64,000 bases of DNA from Candidatus Cloacimonadales bacterium (GTDB lineage: Bacteria; Cloacimonadota; Cloacimonadia; Cloacimonadales; JAFGVF01). This document shows positions 9,191 to 18,237 of the stretch, piece after piece. Numbering within the stretch: the stretch's first letter is position 1; every line of letters starts with the position of its first letter. The notes under the pieces are model-generated. The model was given only the letters and a program-made list of their open reading frames with translations, searched no databases and was not told the DNA's origin. The stretch lies in the NCBI GenBank assembly GCA_963663475.2, contig CAXXJV010000001.1, positions 800,001 to 864,000 on the forward strand, in the 5' to 3' direction. The position numbers were made by a program, and so were the translations under genes.

Positions 9191-10702
9191 CTATAGGTCA
9201 TTTTCTGCATCTGGACTTTTAATTGTCAATTGTTTATTTGCTCTAGCACCTAACTCCTTCATTTTTTCAGCTCTCTTGATAAGATTTCCTCGTCCACTGG
9301 ATAACTTATTCATAGAAGCATTATAGTTGCTGGATAAATCTTCGATGTTCTTACCAATTTTTTCTAAATCAATTATGAAATTACAGAATTTATCATACAT
9401 CTTACCACCTTCTTCGGCAATCTGTATCACGTTCTTTGTTTGATATTCACTTCGCCATATTTGCTTTATCATCTGCAAGACGTATATCAAAGTTGAAGGG
9501 CCTACAATCATAACATTTTTTTCCATTGCCTCTGAAAACATTTGATTGTCATTCTCTAAGGCTAAGAGGTAAGCAGACTCTATTGGTATGAACATTAGGA
9601 CATGGCTAATTGTGTTGATACCATCTAACTTTTGATACTCTTTTGCTGATAGTTCATTAGCATGTTTCTTAACAGAAATTAGGTGTTTTTTTAAAGCATT
9701 TTCTTTTTCTAAAGAATTTTCTGAAGAAATAAACTCTTCATAAGCAGTCAATGATGTCTTAGCATCAACAACTATATCTCTTTCTTCGGGAAGTTTTATA
9801 ACGACATCAGGATACCTGTTATTGTTTTCCTTATCAATATAATGGGACTGGGTAAAATACTCAATATTCTTAGTTAAACCAGAATCTTCTAAAACTCTCT
9901 CCAGTTTCATTTCTCCCCAATTTCCTTGCTTCTTTGGGTCTCGCTTTAAAGCATTTGTTAAATTCTTAGCTTCTTTATTAAGTGTTTCATTTAAAGTTCT
10001 CAAATTTAAAATTTCACTCTTGAGAGATGCCCTATCCTTATTCTCACTATCATAAACCTGGTCTATCCTTTTCCTAAATTCTTCAAGTTGACTCTTCATA
10101 GGATTTAATAGATTTGTTATACTCTCTTGATTAGTCTCCTTAAATTTGGAAGTCTTTTCCTCAAATATCTTGTTGGCTAAAATCTCGAAATCTCTCTTGA
10201 GATTCTCCTTAGCCTCAGTTAAGATGGCCAGCTTTTCTGCAAAAGCCTTCTCTTGTTCCTCTGCCTTGGTTAAGAGAGTTGCCTTAGCTTGCGATAGCTC
10301 ATTCTTTGCTTTCTGTAAAAGCCTTACTTCCTCACCTAGTTTTTCAATACTAGTATTTTTCTCATCAATATTTAGCTTATACTCTGAATTCTGACTACGT
10401 AAACTTGCCACTTCTTCTGAAATTGCTGAATACTTGTCTTGGTAAACTCTTAGTTCTTGATTAAGTCTTTGTTCATTCTCTAACTTATTCTTTAAAACTT
10501 GAATCTCAATCCCACTTTCATTTACTTGTTTTGATAAAAGAGCTAGCTTTTCCTGATAGTCTTCTTGCAATTGGTTTTTTAAGCGTGCTTCTTCAAGCGA
10601 TATCTGGGATTTGAATAGCTTACGCTGAACAAAAGTTCCAGTAAGAACTCCTATTAAACCACCGACCAATAGAGCAATTATAGTGATAATTAAATCTGGC
10701 AT
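9191..10702 (-). CDS. rmuC: DNA recombination protein RmuC
   Basis: N-terminal TM, coiled coil, QGNWGE, YPDVVIKLP...VDAK, LMFIPIESAY, GRGNLI; GGAGG RBS before ATG 10702. Confidence 0.93.
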   Translation of the reverse strand: MPDLIITIIALLVGGLIGVLTGTFVQRKLFKSQISLEEARLKNQLQEDYQEKLALLSKQVNESGIEIQVLKNKLENEQRLNQELRVYQDKYSAISEEVASLRSQNSEYKLNIDEKNTSIEKLGEEVRLLQKAKNELSQAKATLLTKAEEQEKAFAEKLAILTEAKENLKRDFEILANKIFEEKTSKFKETNQESITNLLNPMKSQLEEFRKRIDQVYDSENKDRASLKSEILNLRTLNETLNKEAKNLTNALKRDPKKQGNWGEMKLERVLEDSGLTKNIEYFTQSHYIDKENNNRYPDVVIKLPEERDIVVDAKTSLTAYEEFISSENSLEKENALKKHLISVKKHANELSAKEYQKLDGINTISHVLMFIPIESAYLLALENDNQMFSEAMEKNVMIVGPSTLIYVLQMIKQIWRSEYQTKNVIQIAEEGGKMYDKFCNFIIDLEKIGKNIEDLSSNYNASMNKLSSGRGNLIKRAEKMKELGARANKQLTIKSPDAENDL

Positions 10703-11000
10703 TAGACCTCCTGTAAAAGCAATCTTATGAATAGTCATTAACTATAATAAGCTAGTAGAACCTTTTAAAGCTTGCCAAAGTCTTTTATAAAAGCCTATTA
10801 CATAATTAGCTATAACAATATTTTTATCTTTTTTTAATTATCAAATTATTATAAATACTTGTCAAATTTTTTCTAAACTTTTTTCCAATTTAATCAAAAA
10901 GGTAAGCTTGCTGATTTTATGCAAACTTAGATGATTATTAATAAATAATGGCTCTCTCTCAAATAGACTTGAGGAAGACCGGCCTTATCAATACCCCTAT

Positions 11001-11079
11001 CATCCATAATCCTTCCTTTACAGTCTTTCGATGAAACTGGGACTTTCATCGAAAGACTGTAAAGGAAGGATTATGGATG
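11001..11079. repeat. Perfect palindrome, family B copy 1 (36-bp arms, 7-nt loop)
   Basis: CATCCATAATCCTTCCTTTACAGTCTTTCGATGAAA-ctgggac-reverse complement. Confidence 0.95.
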
Positions 11080-11222
11080 GTAAGTGGGAGATTAGGGCCT
11101 AATTCTCTTGTCAGAGGGATAAGAGAAGGCCATCTTCTTCTTTTTTTCTTTTTTCTTTCTGACAGTGATATCCAAACTGCCAAAAAATAAATAAATAAAT
11201 AAATAAAAATGCGAAATGAATA

Positions 11223-11358
11223 TTGTTGTCTCTCTAGGGCTAAGATTTCCTTGGTCTCTGTAACAAGAGTGTCTTGCGACACTGCCTATAATATTTTAAT
11301 AGTAACAAGCTTACAGCTTGGTGCGGAGAGAAGGTCGACCGTCCGACTGAGAGGCAAT
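11223..11358. ncRNA. Candidate structured non-coding RNA of unknown family
   Basis: GC-enriched patch whose ends pair as a long interrupted stem; internal hairpins AGTGTC-GCAA-GACACT (minus strand) and CAAGCT/AGCTTG; minus-strand TTGACA at 11390-11385. Confidence 0.4.
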
Positions 11359-11412
11359 CATAACTAAAAGCAATCCTGATAAAATGTCAAGAAAACCTAA
11401 AGAAGGGCAATA

Positions 11413-11581
11413 TTATCCCAAATAATGCAGTAGACCTTTGTGAATAGCACTATATTCTTCTGCAAAAGTAACTTCCATAATTTCTCCGAATATATAAATT
11501 ATATGCGTCAAAATTCTGTAAGCTATTTTGCTAGAATAATCTGCACTCTTCACTAAAGCTCTACTACACTATCTGGGATTA
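11413..11581. repeat. Rod-like hairpin repeat/MITE, family A full-length copy 1
   Basis: 169 bp, 4 differences from 21633-21801; imperfect ~25-bp terminal inverted repeats. Confidence 0.93.
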
Positions 11582-11799
11582 TCGACTTCTTTAAGGATAA
11601 ACTATTGAAGAAGGTGGCTTGATGGTTGAACAGTCTCTAATTTAGATAATATTTAATTAGTAAAAATATTATTGACAAGAAATATTTGTAGCTTTTTAGT
11701 TAACCTTATTTTACTAAAGTGAATCAAAAGCCTTTAGTAGTGATAAAACAACACTAAGAATACATTGTGATTTTAGATAATCTTGAGAGGAGAACATTT

Positions 11800-14700
11800 A
11801 TGAAAGAAAAAATTATACTAATTAGCTTAATGTTACTAGTATCAATGAATTTTTTATTTGCTGAGGTTGAAATTATTAATAATGCTAGTAATAATGAGGT
11901 AAGGTTAGTTAATAATTGGGAAAGAGAGATAAGTATTGATTACAAATTAAATCATTTATCAGCAAGGATTTATACTTGCCCTGAGGGAGACTTCACCCAA
12001 TTATTCCTGGATAATTATGGTTTAACAGGTGAGCTAGGTAAGCCTCAACTTCCTTATAGTTCTAAAATTATAGTAGTACCTGAAGGAGCAAAAGTAATAA
12101 CTCAATTAAAAATAGGTCAAACAAGGCAAATAAACTTGTCTGATAAAGGCTTAACAAATAAAATTTTTCCTGCTCAGGCTCCTGTATCAAAGAGTTCCAG
12201 ACCAGAAGATATTGAGTTTGTGTTAGATAATCAAATCTATCAAACAGGTGATTTTATTGATCAAGAAAAAGTTATAGTAAAAGAAATTGGTTATCAGAGA
12301 GGAATGAGGCTTTTCCAAGTTAACTACTATCCTGTTGCCTATAATCCAAGTACAAATACTATTGCCATAATCAATGAAGCAAGTTTGAATATTAAATTTG
12401 AGGGAGCTGACCTTGTTGCAAGTCAGTATCTAAGAGACAAAACTTTCTCTCCTGCCTTTGAGGTAAATTATCCTTCAACAATCTTTAATTATAGAAGTAA
12501 TCGTTCTAGTTTGGAATCATATCCTTTAGGTTATATAGTAGTAGCCCCCAATAATTATTTAGATACCTTAGAAGCTTTTATTGAATGGAAAACTCAACAA
12601 GGTTATGATGTTACTGTCTTAGATACTGATATAGTTGGGACAAGTACTGCAGCTATTAAATCTGCTATTTCTAATATTTGGGACAGTGCTACACCAACAA
12701 ATCCAGCACCTTCTTACCTGTTAATCTGTGGGGATGTAGAACAGGTCCCTGCTTTTGCTAGTACTACCCTATCAGGACATATTTCAGATTTATCATATGT
12801 TAGATTGGAGGGTTCAGATTATCTACCTGAGATGTATTATGGAAGATTTTCTGCTACTAACACAAGTCAGCTATCTACAATCGTGAATAAAACTTTAATG
12901 TATGAAAAATATGAAATGCCTGATCCTTCATATTTAGAGAGAGCAACACTAATAGCTGGTGTTGATGCTTCCTGGGCTCCAACCCATGGAAATGGAACAA
13001 TAAACTATGGTTCTCAGTATTACTTCAATGCTGCCCATGATATTGATGCTACAAGCTATTACTATCCTGAATCAGGCTCGAGTGAAGCTAGTATTATTGC
13101 GGATGTTAATGCAGGATTAGGTTATTTAAACTATACTGCTCATGGTTCTGAAACCACTTGGCACGATCCCCACTTTTCAGTCAGTGATGTTAATAGTCTA
13201 ACCAACTCCCAGCAATATCCTGTTGTGGTAGGTAACTGTTGTTTAACTAACCATTTTGATACCTCAACAAGTTTTGGGGAATCTTGGTTAAGAGCTACTA
13301 ATGGAGCAGTTATCTATATTGGTGGTACTAACTCTACTTATTGGGATGAAGATTATTGGTGGTCTGTTGGTCACTTTTCGAATACTAACACAGCTAACCC
13401 AACTTATGCAGGAACAGGTCTGGGTATGTTTGATGCTCTCTTCCATGAGAATGGTGAAGAATATGTAAACTGGGTTAATTCTGCTGGTTCTATGGTCTAT
13501 AGAGGCAATATGACTGTTCAAGGTTCTTCTTCTGATAAACAAGAATACTATTGGGAGATTTATTCAATAATGGGAGACCCTTCTTTAATACCTTATATTG
13601 GTATTCCTGATGCCCAAAATCCTTCCTACACTAATACTCTTTTTATAGGATCTAGCTCATTAGATGTTACAGCTGCTCCTTATTCTTATGTTTCCTTAAC
13701 AGTTGATGGGGTAATTATCGGTACCCAAATACTTGATTCAAACGGTTCTGGAAGTGTTAATTTCCCTGCTTTAACAACTCCTCAATCTGTAAAAATGGTT
13801 ATTTCTCGAGTTGACTATCAACCATATATTGCAGATATTCAAGTTGTTACAGCTGATGGACCATATCTTACCCTCTCAGATTATTCATTTAATGATGCTA
13901 ATAATAATGGCCTCTTAGAATATGGTGAAAGTGCTTCATTAAACTTAGTTATCGAAAATATCGGAACTGCTACGTCTCCTTCAGGGACTATTACTTTCAG
14001 TGAGTCAGATCCATACATAAATTTAACTTCAACTTCAGCTTCAGTAACTGCAATAAGTTCTGAAGGAAGTATTAATATCAACAACGTTATTAACTTTGCA
14101 ATAGCTAATAATATCCCTAATAATCATACCATGAATCTTTCTTATGTGATTTCAGCAGGTGGTGAAGTATATTCAGGTAATCTTACTCTCACAGGAAAAA
14201 GCTATGAGATGGAGATTAATGCAATTACTATTGATGATTCAGCTTTAGGGAATGGTAATAATGTTATTGATGCAGGTGAATCCTTCTCTATCATTGCGAC
14301 AGTGGAAAATGTCGGAGCTGCTATTTCACCATTAATTAGTGCTTCCATTGCTGATGCATCTTATATAACTTATGTTAATTCAACAGCCACAATAGCTGCT
14401 ATATCAGCCGGTTCAAGTAACCAAGTTATCTTCAGTGCTACTGCCTCCAACACTATTCCTGCTGGAGAAGAAGTTACTTTCACAGTAACAGCTCCTTATC
14501 TAAATGGTAATCTTGAGTTTAGTCAAGACTTCTTAGCTGCTCTTTTACAAATAGGAGAGGGAACAGTAACAGAAGTTCATCTGCCAATAGAACCATATTA
14601 TGGCTACACTTATAGTCAATCAATCTATACAGCCTCGGAATTAAATTTAGGCGTATCTCAGATTAACAAGATTGCTTATCATTATAATGGTAACAGCACT

Positions 14701-17700
14701 TGGACAGATAACATAGTTGTCTATATGGGAAATACTACAAAAACTAGTTTTTCTTCTACTTCAGACTGGATTGCCTTAGCAAATATAACAGAAGTTTATA
14801 ATGGTACGTTTACAGCTCCTGCTACAGCAGGTTGGGTAGAAATTACCTTAGATACTCCATTTACCTATGATGGAAGTAGTAATTTAGTAATAGGCATTGA
14901 TGAAAACACTTCAGGATATCATGCAAGTGATGATGAATTCTACTGTTATAGCAGTGGTTCAAATAGGAGTATCTACTATTATAGCGATTCAATAAATCCT
15001 GATCCTGCTTCTCCTGTTTCAGGGAATTTATCAGGAAACAACCCCAATATTCGTATTTTTGCTTCTTCAACTTCAGCAGAACCAAACATCGTCTTAAATA
15101 CAACTTCACTTGATTTTGGAGAAGTGATTCTGGGTAATTCTGTTACTCGTGATTTCACTATTACTAATACAGGTGGAGCAAGCTTAATTGGAACTATTAT
15201 CTTACCTGATAACTTCACTTTTGCTACTAGAAACAGTGAAAAAGAAGTAGTAAACACCAGAACAAGTTCTCAGAACTTTACTTTACCTGCAGGAAATAAC
15301 CAAACTTATAGCATAATTTTCACTCCAACAACTGAGCTTTGCTATAACAGTAATATTGAGATTAGTCATAATGCTGATCAATATTCTTCTTATATCTCTC
15401 TTGTAGCATGTGGAATAAAACCTACTTATTCATCAGAGACAAGACTTATTACAAAAACTCTAGCTCCTGATACTCAAGATACTTATAACTATGTAATTAA
15501 TAATGTAGGAAGTGGTGACTTAGAAGTGTTAGTAGAAATTACTGATGCAGATAGATATACTGGGGGACCTGATGCTTATGGTTACACTTGGAAAGACAGT
15601 AATGAAGCAGGTGTAACTTATAATTGGATTGATATTTCTGCTACTGGAACTATAATTTCGGAAGGAGATGATACTTCAGAAGCAATGACTCTTCCTTTTA
15701 CCTTCTCTTTTTATGGTGAAGAATATACTTCTCTAAATGTCTCCTCTAATGGATTCTTATCATTTACCTCAACCTCTTCGGTTTATTCAAATCAGACTAT
15801 TCCTAATTCAGCTGATCCTAATGCTATCATTGCTCCTTTTTGGGATGATTTAAAACCTTATGGAACTATTTGGGGGAATGTATATTACCAAAACTTCTCT
15901 ACCTATTCGGTAATTCAATGGGAGAATGTATCTCACTTTAGCTCTTCTCAACCTACAGATAATGAGACTTTCCAAGTTATCCTCTATAACAATGGAGATA
16001 TTAAATATCAATATCAAACTGTTGAAAATAACACCTCTTGCACTGTAGGAATAGAAAATCAAGCAGGTGATGATGGTTTATTAATCAACTATAACAGTGA
16101 CTTCTTAGTAGATGAGTATGCTCTCTTAATTTCTGCAGGGGGAGTAAGTCCTAATTGGTTATCTCTAACTAATGATAACTTATTAATTCCTGAAGGTTCT
16201 TCTGAAACTATTACTTTAAACTTTGATGCTAATGGCTTAGAATTAGGGACTTATAACAAGAATCTCTATTTGATAACAAATGACCCTGATCATGAAGAGT
16301 TTACTATTCCTGTAACACTTATTGTTGGTGGAAGCAGCCAAGCAGATATCTTAGTTGATAAACAAGAGATTGATTTCGGAAGTGTTACTGCAGGTGAATT
16401 TATCATGGAAACTATAACTATTACTAATATTGGAGGAGAAACTTTAACCGGCAATATTAGTGCTGATAATGGTTTTACCATAACTGAAGCTAGAGCAAAT
16501 ACTTCCAAAAATGAGATTATGGCTGCTCACCAAGCAATGAGAAGAATACGCAACTTTGATTTTTCTCTTACATCAGGAACTAGCAAATCTTATGATGTCA
16601 GCCACTCAACTGTAACAGCAGGTTTATTCTCAGGAAACATTACTATTACTTCCAATGACCCTGAATCTTCCCTGATAACACTTCCACTGACATTAGAGGT
16701 TATAAATCCTGCTCAGATAGATGTAAATCCTCAAAGTCTGGCTCTTAATTTACAGCCTGAACAAAGTGCTGATAGAACAATCTCTATTAGTAATCTAGGT
16801 GATCTTGATTTAACCTGTTCTCTTAATCTCCAAGTAAGCGGAGCAAGGGAAGTAACAGAAATATTCACTGCTAACTTTGATAATCATGATTTATCTGATT
16901 GGTCTATTGATTATCTCTACTCAGCAGACCACACTTGGCATATTGCGGATGATTATAGTGATTCAAGTATTGATGGAAGCTCTTTCCTATTCATCGATAG
17001 TGATGCCACAGGATCTAGTGTTGATTTCGATGATACTATTGAGACCCCAACTTTCAATGTTAGTGCTTATGAAGAGATAACCATTGAATTTGATCATTAC
17101 TTTAATTCTTATCAATCAGAAATAGCTGATGTGGATTTCTGGACAGGTAGTCAGTGGATAAATATTGGTAGATGGCAAGGTGAAGATATTGGTGCCTGGT
17201 CTGTTCCATCACAATTCAACCATACCCTTACTAATAATGGATATACAGATGTAAAACTAAGATTCCATTATTATGAAGCAAACTATGATTGGTACTGGGC
17301 TATCGACAACTTAGTCGTCTCTGGACAAGGAAGTCCTACACCTCAATGGGTTACTTTACCAAGTCAGTATAACAATCTTACTATCACTCCAGAAAATAGT
17401 GAAGATATTACTCTTAACTTCACTTCTGTTGATTTTATTGCAGGTCAATACACAGCTAGTCTTAATATTCAATCAAATTCTGCTGCAAATAACTTTTTAA
17501 GTATTCCAATAACTTTGACTGTTAGTGAACTAGAGAATGAACCAGACTGGCAACCAGTAATCTATCCTAACAACAGTGCTACTATTTATGCAGAAGTTAC
17601 TCACCTAAGCGATGAAATAGCTGTTGATGATATAGTCTCTGCCTGGGTTGGAGATGAATGTCGTGGACTTGGTCAGATTGTTATAGTTAACAGAAGTCAA

Positions 17701-18093
17701 GCCTTTACAACTATCGTGGTTCAGTCTAATGGAACAACTGAAAATGTCTATTTTAAATTATATGATAGATCTGCTGATATAGTGGAAGAAGAATCTAATT
17801 CAACTCCTGTTACTAGTGGACAAGTAGTAGGTTCAGCTCAAGTACCATTCACCATAAATATAGGTGTAATCGAACTAATTGCTCCTAATTATTTAGAAGT
17901 TCAAGTGGTAAACAGCCTAGCATCTCTTAATTGGTTAAGTGTTCCTAATGCAGATTATTATAAAATCTATTTCTCAACAGATTTAAGTAATTGGATTGAA
18001 CTAGCAGACACCAATAATACTTCTTATCAACATAATCAACCACGGTCTAATACAGAAGCCTATTTCTACAAGATTAAGGCAATTAAGAATTAA
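11800..18093 (+). CDS. Peptidase C25 (Lys-gingipain-like) polyprotein with propeptide, catalytic domain and multiple Ig-like/adhesin domains
   Basis: Signal peptide; propeptide (GKPQLP); catalytic His in YTAHGSET and Cys in GNCCLT; TYWDEDYWWSVG; GDPS; repeated LDFG Ig-like domains; AGGAG RBS before ATG 11800. Confidence 0.92.
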   Translation: MKEKIILISLMLLVSMNFLFAEVEIINNASNNEVRLVNNWEREISIDYKLNHLSARIYTCPEGDFTQLFLDNYGLTGELGKPQLPYSSKIIVVPEGAKVITQLKIGQTRQINLSDKGLTNKIFPAQAPVSKSSRPEDIEFVLDNQIYQTGDFIDQEKVIVKEIGYQRGMRLFQVNYYPVAYNPSTNTIAIINEASLNIKFEGADLVASQYLRDKTFSPAFEVNYPSTIFNYRSNRSSLESYPLGYIVVAPNNYLDTLEAFIEWKTQQGYDVTVLDTDIVGTSTAAIKSAISNIWDSATPTNPAPSYLLICGDVEQVPAFASTTLSGHISDLSYVRLEGSDYLPEMYYGRFSATNTSQLSTIVNKTLMYEKYEMPDPSYLERATLIAGVDASWAPTHGNGTINYGSQYYFNAAHDIDATSYYYPESGSSEASIIADVNAGLGYLNYTAHGSETTWHDPHFSVSDVNSLTNSQQYPVVVGNCCLTNHFDTSTSFGESWLRATNGAVIYIGGTNSTYWDEDYWWSVGHFSNTNTANPTYAGTGLGMFDALFHENGEEYVNWVNSAGSMVYRGNMTVQGSSSDKQEYYWEIYSIMGDPSLIPYIGIPDAQNPSYTNTLFIGSSSLDVTAAPYSYVSLTVDGVIIGTQILDSNGSGSVNFPALTTPQSVKMVISRVDYQPYIADIQVVTADGPYLTLSDYSFNDANNNGLLEYGESASLNLVIENIGTATSPSGTITFSESDPYINLTSTSASVTAISSEGSININNVINFAIANNIPNNHTMNLSYVISAGGEVYSGNLTLTGKSYEMEINAITIDDSALGNGNNVIDAGESFSIIATVENVGAAISPLISASIADASYITYVNSTATIAAISAGSSNQVIFSATASNTIPAGEEVTFTVTAPYLNGNLEFSQDFLAALLQIGEGTVTEVHLPIEPYYGYTYSQSIYTASELNLGVSQINKIAYHYNGNSTWTDNIVVYMGNTTKTSFSSTSDWIALANITEVYNGTFTAPATAGWVEITLDTPFTYDGSSNLVIGIDENTSGYHASDDEFYCYSSGSNRSIYYYSDSINPDPASPVSGNLSGNNPNIRIFASSTSAEPNIVLNTTSLDFGEVILGNSVTRDFTITNTGGASLIGTIILPDNFTFATRNSEKEVVNTRTSSQNFTLPAGNNQTYSIIFTPTTELCYNSNIEISHNADQYSSYISLVACGIKPTYSSETRLITKTLAPDTQDTYNYVINNVGSGDLEVLVEITDADRYTGGPDAYGYTWKDSNEAGVTYNWIDISATGTIISEGDDTSEAMTLPFTFSFYGEEYTSLNVSSNGFLSFTSTSSVYSNQTIPNSADPNAIIAPFWDDLKPYGTIWGNVYYQNFSTYSVIQWENVSHFSSSQPTDNETFQVILYNNGDIKYQYQTVENNTSCTVGIENQAGDDGLLINYNSDFLVDEYALLISAGGVSPNWLSLTNDNLLIPEGSSETITLNFDANGLELGTYNKNLYLITNDPDHEEFTIPVTLIVGGSSQADILVDKQEIDFGSVTAGEFIMETITITNIGGETLTGNISADNGFTITEARANTSKNEIMAAHQAMRRIRNFDFSLTSGTSKSYDVSHSTVTAGLFSGNITITSNDPESSLITLPLTLEVINPAQIDVNPQSLALNLQPEQSADRTISISNLGDLDLTCSLNLQVSGAREVTEIFTANFDNHDLSDWSIDYLYSADHTWHIADDYSDSSIDGSSFLFIDSDATGSSVDFDDTIETPTFNVSAYEEITIEFDHYFNSYQSEIADVDFWTGSQWINIGRWQGEDIGAWSVPSQFNHTLTNNGYTDVKLRFHYYEANYDWYWAIDNLVVSGQGSPTPQWVTLPSQYNNLTITPENSEDITLNFTSVDFIAGQYTASLNIQSNSAANNFLSIPITLTVSELENEPDWQPVIYPNNSATIYAEVTHLSDEIAVDDIVSAWVGDECRGLGQIVIVNRSQAFTTIVVQSNGTTENVYFKLYDRSADIVEEESNSTPVTSGQVVGSAQVPFTINIGVIELIAPNYLEVQVVNSLASLNWLSVPNADYYKIYFSTDLSNWIELADTNNTSYQHNQPRSNTEAYFYKIKAIKN

Positions 18094-18114
18094 GCATAAA
18101 AGATATAATTAGCT

Positions 18115-18141
18115 AGGGACGTTGAAAAACGTCCCTCTTTT
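18115..18141 (+). terminator. Rho-independent terminator
   Basis: AGGGACGTT-GAAA-AACGTCCCT-CTTTT. Confidence 0.85.
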
Positions 18142-18166
18142 GCTTTATAAAGCACCATTCTGGATA

Positions 18167-18237
18167 TTAACCCAAATAATACAGTAGCTCTTTGTGATTA
18201 GCACTCTTCAATAAAGTTCTATACACTTTGGGATTAA
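18167..18237. repeat. Family A internally deleted copy
   Basis: TTAACCCAAATAATACAGTAG...TTTGTGATTAGCACTCTTCAATAAAGTTCTA...TGGGATTAA; overlaps the stop codon of the 18234 gene. Confidence 0.8.

Noticed and set aside
11046-11282. 78-aa minus-strand ORF, and the 90-aa ORF at 37562-37834
   Set aside because: Both run through palindromes or low-complexity tracts, lack an RBS and have non-protein-like composition
11319-11345. tRNA-Leu-like 3' end (GGTCGACC...TCCGCACCA on the minus strand)
   Set aside because: No proper T-arm, anticodon arm or acceptor 5' strand
11318-11400. TPP riboswitch (GGTGC...CTGAGA...CCTGAT on the plus strand)
   Set aside because: The conserved P5 and GCGnAGG 3' half is absent, and no thiamine gene follows
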